DNA from: Adineta vaga | Taxonomy: Eukaryota; Animalia; Rotifera | Assembly (NCBI GenBank): GCA_021613535.1 | Contig: CP075497.1 | Coordinates: 8,246,001-8,310,000 of the forward strand | DNA length: 64,000 bases | Direction: 5' to 3' | Shown here: positions 1 through 12,426 of the stretch, in pieces | Layout: each line of letters starts with the position of its first letter | Numbering within the stretch: position 1 is the first letter of the stretch | Program-made: the position numbers and the translations under genes | The notes under the pieces: generated by a model | What the model was told of the DNA's origin: nothing | The model's input: only the letters and a program-made list of their open reading frames with translations | The model's database searches: none

Positions 1-2
1 GA

Positions 3-209
3 AGAATTCTTCATGGTCAATTTTTAAATGAACGTGATCTATATACTCAACTTTATTCCGATCATTTATTCAATGCATTTACACAAACAAATCATCAAAT
101 TGACGTATACAAAGATAAGAAAGAAGCAACTCGTTATTTTGAACAGACAGAAGAATTCCATCAACTCTTACAAGAACATCTAAAGCAAGAAGAGACTCTT
201 TCTGATTGA
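3..209 (+). CDS. 3' end of an uncharacterised gene, probably the C-terminal part of a receiver-like domain protein (partial)
   Basis: Open frame from the window edge reads RILHGQFLNERDLYTQLYSDHLFNAF...EETLSD and ends at TGA 207-209. ATTAAA follows at 237-242. The IxGxFxxExxLxxQLxxD pattern resembles, from recall, the end of the receiver-like domains expanded in bdelloids. Confidence 0.6.
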   Translation, partial: RILHGQFLNERDLYTQLYSDHLFNAFTQTNHQIDVYKDKKEATRYFEQTEEFHQLLQEHLKQEETLSD

Positions 210-336
210 TACAATATATATATTTTTTGAATCGTAATTAAATCTAGACATTGTTCATCGTTGCTTCTTTTCTCTGTATTTATAATTCTTATTCGTTTTT
301 ATTTCAGATTAGACGATCTACAATATATATTTATTG

Positions 337-918
337 ATGGCGACGAAACATTTTGTACTTATTGATAGTACGCCAGAATCTCGAGCTTTAGCCTTTGCAA
401 ACGACTCTAAATTTCAATCATGGTTACGTACATATACTGATGTATCTGAAGCATTACAATTTCTATCAACAATTACATTACCATATAGTATACAAATATT
501 TTTAGCAAGAGACAATATTTATAGTCCTGGTCTACCTTCAGAAACGAATGGTCGAAGTCTTACCTTACTTCAAACTCTTTGTGGCTTGCAAGCAATTCAT
601 CACATTAGTGTCTTTAGTCCAGATATTAGTGAGAGTGTCATCATACAAATTCGTAGTCTGTTTTCTAACCAGCAAATAATAAAAGAAATTCTTTCTGTAA
701 ATGAACTGCATAGTTATTTGTGTTGTGAAGGTATAAATTATTTCCAGCAACAAATTACTCATCGTACGACTACACAAGAATTTCATCTTATACGTAATTT
801 TCGACGAAATAGAGCGGAATTGATACGCGGTACCTATCAAGATCATACTGAACAAGGACAACACCTGCAAGTTCTAGAAGATGAATACAGTGATAAACGA
901 GGTGTACAACAGTCTTGA
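337..918 (+). CDS. Uncharacterised 193-aa protein with a CheY/receiver-like alpha/beta domain and C-terminal helix
   Basis: Single ORF from ATG 337 after an acceptor (tttcag 302-307). It shows an alternating strand/helix pattern: HFVLID...TYTDVSEALQFL...IQIFLAR...IHHISVFS...IKEILSVNELHSYL. Confidence 0.6.
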   Translation: MATKHFVLIDSTPESRALAFANDSKFQSWLRTYTDVSEALQFLSTITLPYSIQIFLARDNIYSPGLPSETNGRSLTLLQTLCGLQAIHHISVFSPDISESVIIQIRSLFSNQQIIKEILSVNELHSYLCCEGINYFQQQITHRTTTQEFHLIRNFRRNRAELIRGTYQDHTEQGQHLQVLEDEYSDKRGVQQS

Positions 919-1882
919 CCAAATGATCATTATCGTCATTTATACAAGATCTTATTTTCAATTGTGATTTAAAACATTCTCCTAGAATCAATTGTGTAGA
1001 GGTGTGTAATTATGGAATTTCATGTTTTCTTTGTTTCAGACTATGTAGAAAGTGTACGTTCTCTCTCTGAAAGTGAAAAATCGAACAGAATCTGTTTTTC
1101 CCTGTCAATCGTCAATATGCTCAGCGAATCTATTCATCTCCATATACAAATGTAATTTTATTTCCCAGTGTGAACATTGTGTTCAAAATGCTTTCATCCT
1201 CCTGTGATATAAGTATTCGAGCTACTAGAGTATTTTACAATACTTGAGGTGATAAGCAGATACTTAGACAATAATAATAGCAAATAACCATGCATTTATT
1301 TAACTTTGTGTATTTTGCACGAAACTTTGCTCATTGCTTTTATCATAGTGCACTTGTAGTGCTAGAGAATTTCTATTACATAGATAGTGTTTGTTTTGTA
1401 TAATTTATTACTGCTATTTGTAAACACAAATATAACGACGGCAGGTCATTTTTATTTTTCTGTATTTTTGATGAAATCCATATTTGAAACAATAAAAGCG
1501 ACGAAAAATAATGAATTTCGAATCATAATATATTTCTTTAGTATTAATCGAGAAATATCAATTAATGTTCTCTACTTATCTTCTGTTGCATCTTTACTCA
1601 AGACAAATATGAATGTGAACATCACGAAAACTTTATTTGAGATTGTCAAATGATCGATAAATGTATATATTATCTTTCAAATAACTTTACTGATGTAGAT
1701 TGAAATGATTTTCTTCGATGGATATGATAGAAATCGACGTCTAGCGACTCCTTTGAACGTCGGCAACGACTGATTCTTCCAATTGCCAATAGTAAATGTC
1801 ATTATGTAATCATCAGCATATCACTGTAGTAAGAATTGTCTTGTTCAATGAAATTTTCATTATCTCAAATAATAATTTGATA

Positions 1883-4800
1883 ATGAGTGGTCTAAGAAAA
1901 TCATCACGGTTACGAAAACCTATTACAACAATCGATCAAAATCTTGATAATGATGATGATGATTTCGAAGACATATCGGTAAATTTGAAATCAAGAAAAT
2001 CGTCGACACGTACATCCATCAAACGTCCATCAACCGATGATAATGATGATCAAGAAACAATCACACCAAAAAAGAAACAAAAGAAAAAACCATCGACAAC
2101 AGCCACAAAAACATCACCATATTTTAATAATAAACCATCTGAAAAGGCAAAACCTGATTCACCTAAACCAAAAGCAAAAAAATCAGTCAAACAAAAACCT
2201 AAAACAACTACAAAAAAAGCGAATACAACTATTGATGAAAATATGGTACTATCAAATCAAACTAACAGTGTGACACGCAAAAGTAAATAAACAATTTCAA
2301 TTATTTTTCAATCAACAGAATTTTTTTATTAGCATCCAAAGGAAGTGATGACGGTAATAATAATTTTGATTCTGATTCTGATTCCGATGAGGATGATGAC
2401 GATGAAGGATGGGAAGATGTTCAATCGAAACCGAGGGAAGAAGTTGCTATTCAAAAAGTAATTCACTCATTCTTATTCCATAGATTTAATCTAGTAAATC
2501 TTTAATTATATAGTTACTCAAAGAACGTGAAGAAAGACAATCAACTATGGTTGATGGTGAAGTTGAAGTTAACTTAACTAGTGAAGAAGTCGCTGCAGCT
2601 CAAGGTAAACGAAAGAAAAATCTCAATTCAAAAGAACATCAACTAGAACTTCATTTAAAACGTGTATTAAAGAAAAATTTTCTTCAAAAACATAAGCATC
2701 ATATTGTGTGTAATCTTGGTCATGGTTTTCATCTAATTAAAACATATATTCACAATCAAGAACTTAGTTCACTTATGTTATCTTTACTCGATGAATCTAT
2801 TACCAAACCTTTGATTTATAATGCTAAAACAACAAATATGAATGATATCCATCGACTTGTCAAATATTTCAATGAAGTTTTCATTGTAGTAGATAAAAAT
2901 GAAAACGACGATGAGAAGAATCGACCAATAACAATCGAAAAATTACGTCAAGCAATGAGTGAACATTTAACACAATCATCATCATCAATACGAGTGATTC
3001 TTTTTGCAATTTATGTTCGTCTACTTCGTTATGAATGTCGATTACTATTTGCTGCTGATTTACCACCAATTCGACCACGTTCTGCAAAACAAGATAAATT
3101 TCGTATACCACACGGTAGTCTCATTAAAAATATAAAGAAAACGAAAAAACAAACATTATCCGAAGATGAAAGCAGTAATAGTATGAGTAATGAAGATACA
3201 TCACGTTTACATTCTCATGATCATTCATCTGATTTATCTCGTGTTGTTGCATCAAATTCATCACAATCAGTAAAAGATAATCGAGCAATTTCACCAACAC
3301 CAACAGTCGCTACATCGATAACAACGAAGTCAAAAATTCAATCACGTTCTTTACTACCACGATACTATTGGATTGAACTTTTTATTGAAACAACCGAAGA
3401 TGGTTATATTCCCATTGATCTTCATACATCAAAAATTAATTCTCTAACAGAATTTGAAACAAATATTAAATTTCCTATGCTTTATATTTGGGCATTTGAT
3501 ACAGATCAATCGAGTTCATATGCAAAAGATGTGACAAAAAGATATTCACAAAAATGGTTAACAACACCTTATCGTACATCTCATATTGAACATAAAACAA
3601 ATGGTGATCCAAAATGGTATGAAAAATTAATGAAAAAATATCAACCGAAGGATAACAAGAAATCTAGACATTCACAATACGAAAATAAACAAATTGAAAG
3701 TATAAAGAGTTTGTTTATATTTAATCTAATCTACATTTGTGTATAATTTGTTTTAGATAAATTAGCTCAACAACCAATTCCTCAATCGAAAGCCGAACTA
3801 AATGGTCATCCATTATATGTCTTAAAATCGAAATTACTCAAATTTGAAGGCATTTATCCAAACGATACACCACCCGTCGGATGGTTTAAAGTAAGAAGAT
3901 TGAACTGAACGAAATAGATATCGATTAATTGTATGAATTACATACTCGTATTTAAACATAGCTAAGAAAAGAAGTTAATATTTTTTTTGCGAATGAAAGA
4001 ACCTATTTAAGAATAGTACATTAGAACTGGAACGGTCTATACTATTTAAACAGATAGCGTGTGCTCAAGAGGAATATCTTGTCGATGGGATCGTATACTT
4101 AGTAATATTTTCAGTATAATCGTCTTAAAAATGTCTAAGCATTATATCTAAATATAAACCTAATATCTATGTCATGATTAACAATTGATGGCTACACAAT
4201 AATGAAATAACCAATTTCGTTTTATTCTTTTAGGAAGAACCAATTTATCCGCGAGATAACATTCATATTTTACGTTCTAAACAAACATGGCTTAAAGAAG
4301 CTCGACAAGTCAATTATGGTGAAGAACCATATAAAATCGTTGATGGACGAATAAAAAATGTTAGTCTTTTAAAAATCTTCTCTGTAATTTCTTGAATTTT
4401 TGTTTTGATATTTAGATGGATCGTAAAATGGGTGTGACAACAAGACCTGAATTAGAACTATTCGGTGAATGGCAAACATCGGATTATATTCCGCCTGTTG
4501 CCAAAGATGGTATTGTACCGTGCAATGAATATGGCAATGTAGATTTATTCAAACCAGATATGTTACCAGTAGGCTGTGTTCATATTGTTGAACCAAATGC
4601 TGCTCGACTTTGTAAAAAATTAGGAATTAATTATGCAGAAGCTATTACTGGTAATTATCTTGAGGAAAAAAGATTTCGAAGTTCTTGACTTTTGTTTACT
4701 CAGGTTTCGATGCACATGGTGGAGGATCACATCCGGTGATTGAAGGTATTGTGATTTGTCAAGAATTTGAACAAAGTCTACGTGTTGCTATTGAACAACA

Positions 4801-5014
4801 AAAACAAATTACACTCGAAAAAGATATCAAGAAAAAAGAAGAACGTGTTTATAAAAATTGGAGAAAACTTATTCGTGGTTTAATTATAAAACAAAATCTT
4901 GCCCGTAAATATGCAACTGATGGTAATGATGAAGAACAATTAGCAACCGATGCCAAATACCAATGGCCAATATTACCAAAAGAAAAAAATGATAATGAAG
5001 AAGAATTCATGTAA
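1883..5014 (+). CDS. XPC: DNA repair protein XPC/Rad4 (about 7 exons)
   Basis: Basic/acidic N-terminus, transglutaminase-like domain (YWIELF, AKDVTKRYSQKW) and BHD1-3 motifs (PQSKAELNGHPLYVL, EEPIYPRDNIHILRSKQTWLKEAR, LFGEWQT, VPCNEYGNVDLF, AITGFDAHGGGSHPVIEGIVIC, WRKLIRGLII). GT-AG introns join the ORF pieces. Confidence 0.95.
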
Positions 5015-5858
5015 TTCAATATTGATTTTCAACTTGTTATAAAGTTCGCTCAGATCTTTCTGGTCTATTTATTCACGCAACATATATTTAGTTGTCTATT
5101 CTCTTTCAAATAAATAAACAATATTTTTTATATTAATTCAGATCTAAATCGTGAATTTTGCTTTCGAAGGAATATCCGACTGATTTAATTTACTTTTTAA
5201 TGATCTCGAAAAAAGACATCAGGTGAAACTTCTATATGAGAAAAGTTATTTTTATTGATTATTCATTCGTAAACTAATTAGATCATAGTGTCTATCGTAT
5301 ACGCTTGAAAATTTCTAGCCTATTTGCATATTTATTTTCCTTGTTTCGTCAGTTATGTAGTGTGCGTAAATATTACTCTCTGGTAGAGTCGATTGTTTTT
5401 ATTCATACGCAATTTTGAAGTAAGAGAAGCTTATTCATCTTCAAGATCAACAGCACGTCATCTATGAATAATAAATTAAATATCATCATAAGTATTAGTT
5501 ATATTGATAAAACAAAGAACAAATATACTAGTTTCTTGTTATTATTTATACCGTAAAACCAACTGTTACGAGCTCACCTCTTTGTTTTTAAGGTCTTTTT
5601 ATTCATCTCGTAGATAAACCATCAGTTGATGTTCCGATCGGTGCCTGAACGACTACGACTGAATCTACCGTTCAATTACAATAAACTATTCATCGTTCAA
5701 AAAACATTTTCAAGTCTTTTTTTGTATGAGGGTGTAGGTAAGCGTGGCGTGAAAGTATGAATGTTTCTTCGTCCATTGTTCTCCACATCATCAACCACAC
5801 CTACACTTTTACCTCGTGTAGTTTGTTGTCAAGGAATTGTACTGTGTACAGAATGTTT

Positions 5859-5926
5859 TGTCGACGAAAAGCCTTTCAGCGAAGTATTATGTTGACGAAT
5901 TGTCCTTCGACGAAGCATTATGTCGG
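5859..5926. repeat. Degenerate 31-bp tandem repeat (about 2.2 copies, built from ~15-bp TCGACGAA-type subunits)
   Basis: tgtcgacgaaaagcctttcagcgaagtatta (5859-5889), then tgttgacgaattgtccttcgacgaagcatta (5890-5920), then tgtcgg. Confidence 0.55.
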
Positions 5927-8191
5927 TGCAGATTTCTCAACAAAAATTCACCGTCAAAATGTCTGTCGCACGATTTTTCTTCACCGATAGATTGATTCCT
6001 ATAAAACCTATACTTTTTGTAAATCAAATAAAAACAGCAGAAGTGTTTTTCCAGAAAACTTTCGCATAATTTTTCTCCGCTGTGTTGCTAAATAAAAACT
6101 TCTCACACTTTCTATTTACTTGTCTGTAGGAAAGACTTCATAAACAATGAAAACATTGAGGTGCAATAGAACAATCATATTTTGGAGCAGCAAGAACGAA
6201 TTATTTTTAGATTTTTTTAAAATCATTAGCCACGCAGTCTACTATCGTATTGTCATCAGATCAAATACACGTCTCAACTAACCCATTTGTAAGTAATGTA
6301 TTGCTGCGTACACACGCATCTATACTTGAATTCAATGCAGTTGGTAAAACCGAAATTTGATCGTAATTTAAGATCATTAATTATTTCGACCAAAGCTTAC
6401 ACATTGCGAAGCAAGTTTCTTTCTTGTTTTGTACTTTTACGAATAAGAAAAACAAAATGTTTTGTCTGATTATATTTTATATAGATAACAAATAATATTT
6501 TCGGAAAAAACGAGTACTGAAAATTCAAATTCTTTTTTAGCTGAAAAGAAGAGCAAGATTTTGTTTATCGATCATCCCGTTAATTTCTCTTCGAAATCGA
6601 ATAAATCTTATCTTAAACAGTAAATGATGTGCATCGATTAAACGCAATCATTTACACAAAAATGTCAAGAAGTATTTATATCATATGCAATGAAAGTTAA
6701 TCATATGAATACTATTTTTACTTTTCTATTAACCTTGAAAGTAAACTTGCCTCTTCAATAAGATACATATCAGTCATTGATAAAAAAAACACGGAGAGGA
6801 TGCCTAAACTTTTGTTATCAGAAAAATGCGAACAGTGATGATAAAATAAACATTAGAAAAAACAACATTCGATTGTATAAGACTAACCAAAGATGACTAT
6901 ATATACAGTCATCTGAACAGAAAAAAGGAAAGAAAGTATGACCGGATCGTTTTTTTCTCTCTCGTTGTCTATTACTTATTCTTTAAGGGAGTACATTTAG
7001 TTAGAAATGAAGAAAAAATAGAGGAAAAAAAAAGAAAAACGCATGACCTGAGTTGTTCGTTAAAACATCAAGTATATAATTGTGCTTTAGTTCATTCATG
7101 GTAAATATTCTATGACTTTTTTCATATTTATTAACATTCAAGTCTAAAGAAGATTATTTACATTTTTCTTTTAGTAGTCAATTAGTTTGTACATCGACTG
7201 GATGCTTTTTTACGTTCTATGGTATGAGTCATATGTACAGGACGATTTTATCGAACTATAGTGAAGAGGACAAATGTATGTCTTTGTGTTAGAATAGTTT
7301 CAATCAACTTATAGAAAAGATATTACGGAAAAGTTTGTCTCCTATTATGATGAGTATAAAAAAAGTTCAGTACTCATATAGATATAGAAGACTCACAAGA
7401 AGTCATACTCACGAGATGACAAACAAATGTTAATTTGACATTGAGATTGAGTTTGATTATACACCTCAAAAGTGTTATTACGCGCCGAATGGAAAGTATA
7501 TTATTCAAACATGAATAAATTACTTTGAAAAAAAAAGTTGTATTTATTTATCTTCTATTACCGATTGTAGAGTCATTAGAGTTCATTTTGTCAATTTGAC
7601 ATTTGCCGGAAAGATACAGGTTCTTATAACATTCCATAAAGTATTAAATCTTTTTTCTTACTATTAATTTTATGAATAGTTTGACACACTAGATGTAAAT
7701 TCTAAAGTCTCGTCATTGAATAAATGAATAGAATTTTTGAATAGAATGCTAGCAGGCAATCAATATTTGACGTGCTTTTTCAGTTAAATCAAACAATCAC
7801 GAACACATAGATTCAATAGAATTGAGATTAGATATATCATCAATAACTAGCAGACTAGACGTTATTAAACATAGAATAAAAAGAGTATAGAAGAACAGTT
7901 TAAAAATATATCTTGTTTTTTTGTAATATCAATAGTATTGTTGTATGATTTCCTTCTTTTGACACTCATACAGTCATGTACTTGAACGACAACTGACATT
8001 CCCCTACTTTTTTCATACTATTGATTATTCAAAACTGTGATGAAAGAAAGAATAGTTTTGTTCTTATTTCTTTTTTTATTCGCTTACGGTCAAGGTCACT
8101 TTGTTCTGTATTTTCACCACTTTTTTCTGATACATATGCGTACATTCATATAATTTTCTAAATAGAGTATCACTTCAGATATTCTCGTAAA

Positions 8192-9444
8192 ATGGCTTTT
8201 ACAAATTGTCAAGATAATGAAAGCAAATTTTCAGACGATTGTTTATCATCAACAATATCATCGTCAACATTAGAAATTGTCCTCGATGATCAGTCATCCA
8301 ATAATTCCGAGGATGATGAAAATTTGAATGATCATGCTAGGTATGTCAATGAATAGAATTTTCTTTGAAAAACTATTTCAATTTTATTTAAAGACAATCA
8401 GAAGCAGGTACAACTAAACATGATGATCAATTAAACTATAGAAGAAATAAACAAACACCAATACGAGTATGTGTTTTTTCTTCTCATATTCGAAGAAAAA
8501 GATAATTTTGTTTCATTCTAGAATCCAAAATCTCATCGATTAATTGAAAAACGTCGTCGTGATCGTATGAATTCTTTTCTAGTTGATTTATTAGAACTCG
8601 TTCCTCATGACAATACACATGGTCAGCGACGAATTGAAAAAACAGAAATTATCGAAATGGCGATTAAACATATTCGATATTTATTATCAAAATTAGAAAA
8701 AAAATGTACGAAATATATCTCATAATCATTCATTCTGATGAATTTCTTTTAGCTCAAACTGATCTATCCAATTTGAACACATATCGAATTGGTTATGGAA
8801 ATGCTTTATCTGATCTGTATGATTTTCTTCATGAATATTCTGACAGTAAACATTTTTTGATGGATATAGTACAATTTTTGAAAGAAAAAGATCTCGATTT
8901 GAAAAGTCTTACTGGTTAGTGAGAATCTAAATTTTGCAATAAACAAAAACTCATGACATATTTTCCTTTAGATTTACCAGATAAAAAACGACCAAAATAC
9001 ATGACAATATCAAATAAACAAACAAAATTATCTCCGGTACCATCGATCTCTCCGAAAGATCAGATTAAAAAATCCAGTTTGTCTGATAAAGATGATGAGA
9101 GATTATGTGTGATATCCGAAGTCACGGGATCTAAATATAATGAATTAACATCATCAATGGATGAACGATCGAATTCTCATGTCAAAGTTCCAATCTTTGT
9201 TTTACATCCATCTGGTACACATTATATTCCAATGTGTATCGATGCTTCTGTTGTATCACATGTATTTGAGAAAAAATCTAATTTAACTCATTCATCATTT
9301 ACATCAAATCAAGTTCATTGTCATCCTGTCTCAATACCTGTAAATTTCAATCCTGCCATGACTCTTTCTGATCCTTACGAACTCGATATTCAAAATATCA
9401 ATGTTATTGGTACTCGTCATCAAACCAGTGTAAGACCAAATTGA
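8192..9444 (+). CDS. cwo: Clockwork orange-like bHLH-Orange transcriptional repressor (5 exons)
   Basis: The exon at 8522-8705 gives [28 protein letters not shown]...[19 protein letters not shown], matching the cwo bHLH. An Orange domain start ([16 protein letters not shown]) and the cwo-type C-terminal motifs [15 protein letters not shown] and HPVSIPVNF follow. There is no WRPW. Confidence 0.88.
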
Positions 9445-12426
9445 TGATATTTAAAAGAAAAAAAACAATTTTTTTGTTTTTATTGTCGTTTTTAAATACA
9501 CTTATAAGTATAAAAAGTATTATCGGTTATCTTATTTGCATCTTTTGTGAAAATCAAAATCATATAGAGATAGAAGACATGCATGGTTAGAATGTCTTGA
9601 CATTGGATAAACTGAGACTAAAGAATGAAAAAAATATTTCCTCATAGGTAAAATAACCTGGTGCTATTTATAGAAAGAATGACTGAGTATGCAATTTTCG
9701 ATTACCTATGGTTTTTAAGAGAACAAAAAAATTTGCTTGTTTGATTTCAATGAAAATATTTTTTTTGTTCAATATAATCAGAGGAATTCATTTTCAAAGA
9801 ACAATTACGAAGAATCGGATAGACATGTTCTTTATTGTTGCAGTAGGTTTAGTACTTATGAGTTATTAATAATGAAAAGATTATATAGACCTAACTGATT
9901 GATGAATAGAAAAGTATAGTTAGAGAAGATTAGTATGAAATGTACTTCTCTCTGTTCATTGATAGAAGTTGGACAAAAATTAAATCTTTTGAAAATAAAA
10001 GATGAATTAAACGGATTTCTTCTCTGTCATATCGATGGATATTTGTGCTTCACTCATCAAACTATGTTTTCTTCGTCAATTTTTCTTTGTTTTTATTACA
10101 TCACAATGTTGGTATGATAGTTATGTGTAATGTGAATGTCGCTTTTTCTTTTACTCGATTTCTGCACATATGAAAATAACAACATGCATGAAATTGTTTC
10201 TTTTCAAGTTAAGCAATGTGGAAATTAAATTACTACACAAGTATCAATATCGTTTTTAGTTACATAATCAATTATTTTGCGTGAGATACATTGAATTGAT
10301 ACATTTTTATCAGTATTCTTCTAGTTTCGAGGTGTTATTTCAGATGAACATGATATTGCTTTAACTGGTACATATATTTCACAGTAATTTGAACCTATCA
10401 AATCATTCATTGAAATAACATTTTATTTTCCAATTGAACATATATTCTCTATACAATCTTGACTGATTTTGAAAGATTCACTATCAACACTATTCATCGT
10501 TGGACAATTACAAAGAAAATAGCTATTTTCATCAAAATCATGTTCAATTATCTACATCAGTCTAGTGTAGTGAATAAATGAGCTAAAGGCAATTGCAGAA
10601 TCGATTCAAGATATATTTCCTACGAAAAATATGATGACCACACATGAGCTATATCAGAATCATCATTCTTTTCCTACGAAGATGATCCTTTGCAGCTCAT
10701 TAGTAACAAGGAAAGTTGATAAATATATATATATATGAGATATTCAAACGAAAATGAAAAGGAATTTATCTTCTAAACAGTTGACCTCGTTTCTTTTTGT
10801 CTACAATAAATTGATTTGTACTGAATTGAATCATCATCATTATCATATGAGAAAAATGGAGTGAAATAAATGTGTCTATAATTGAGATCGTTTGTTATTA
10901 CACAATGATTTAATTCAATTTTCTTACAAGAAAAATTCCTAACGAAATGATAATCATCTTCTATTAAGTGTTCACACATGCATTTGACAATATCTTTAGT
11001 CGTTCTTATGTAAAGATACAATTGTCATTTGTTTCTTTTTGTGTATATATTGAAATGAGACTCTTTGCATAATTATAGGCGAAAACAATTAGTTAAGCCT
11101 TCTGTCTCATTTTATTTGTCCGTGATTTTTATTTTCTCTCTCTCTTACTGTCTCATCGTTCGTAGTCGAACAAATAAAATAAAAAAACTCACAGTTCAAC
11201 CGCATCATTATCTAGCTATTTTCTATTCACTTAGATCATCATTCAATGTGTGAGGCAACATCTTGTTTTGTCGTTCTTATTACTCTATACATAATGTCCG
11301 ATTTCAATTGAGATGTCAAGTCTTTCTATTCTATTCGGTATTTTTTCTCATTTTTATGCATTTCTTCTTTTGTCCATATATATATCTGTACATATATGCT
11401 TAATATGTGTATGAATGAGCGTGCATACACGAGTATGTAATAATGATGAGGTTCATTGTATGCTTGAAGTGGATGAGAGGGCCATTGGACCGGTAGTCAC
11501 CTGAATAGACCAGAAGTTTCACATTGTTCAAAAGAGTGAAAGTTTTTTTTTGGTAATGTTGATATATGCTCATCGTATATAAAACAATTGAAGAATTGCC
11601 AATGATGATGATGATGATGATAAGAATAAAAAGCAAGTATAGGTATGTTGTCTGACATCACATCTGGTCAGCAGAAGTGAGCGTGATAGAGAGTGGTGCG
11701 AACTGAATCAATTTATCATTATTAATTGAGAGAGTAGTAGAGACAAAGTGTAACACGTCCCCATGTGTTTAGAATAAAGGTGTATGGAAGATAAATTGTT
11801 GTTGATCTTTTTCGACCAAAAAAACTTGTGATTAGAGAGAAGTACGATCGATGAATATTTAGTTCATCGTTAGTTTCAAGTGAGATATTTTTTGATTGAA
11901 TTTTCTATTTGATTCTCTCGTTCTCATTCTATAACGTGGCTTGAATCGTAAGAGTATTGTCGCCATCGGCGATCTCTAATGCCGAATCGATGTCGTAAGA
12001 AGAGACCAAGGACAGTATGATGAAGCCGGAAAAATACGAACTCTTTCTCTTTTTCTTTTCTTGCTTTAGTCGATAAATCAAGTCAAGGCCAGTTGTTTCA
12101 TATCATTTTTTCAACTTTCTAACTATTTTCTTTTCTAATTCATTGATTCCATCAAATGTCATTTTCATATCTCAATTGAAATGATTTTGTCTTGAATTTT
12201 GAAGATAAAAGGAAATGTGTGATACAACCATAGATCTGAATTGTTTACTTCTTAAGAGCGCGTGTATTGATCATCAAGTGTGACAAAAGAGCGTGTGTTC
12301 TCATTAGAGTTTCATGATGCCGACCTCCTCTATTCTTTCATATTGTTTGAAGTGTACTTTTACTCTTTTTTTCTTCTTCTTCTTTTGCAAAGGAAAAAAA
12401 TCAATCACTACTGTTCTCTATTCAAA

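Noticed and set aside
11442-11504. C/D-box snoRNA-like ATGATGA...CTGA
   Set aside because: There is no terminal stem, no host intron and no recognisable rRNA-complementary guide.
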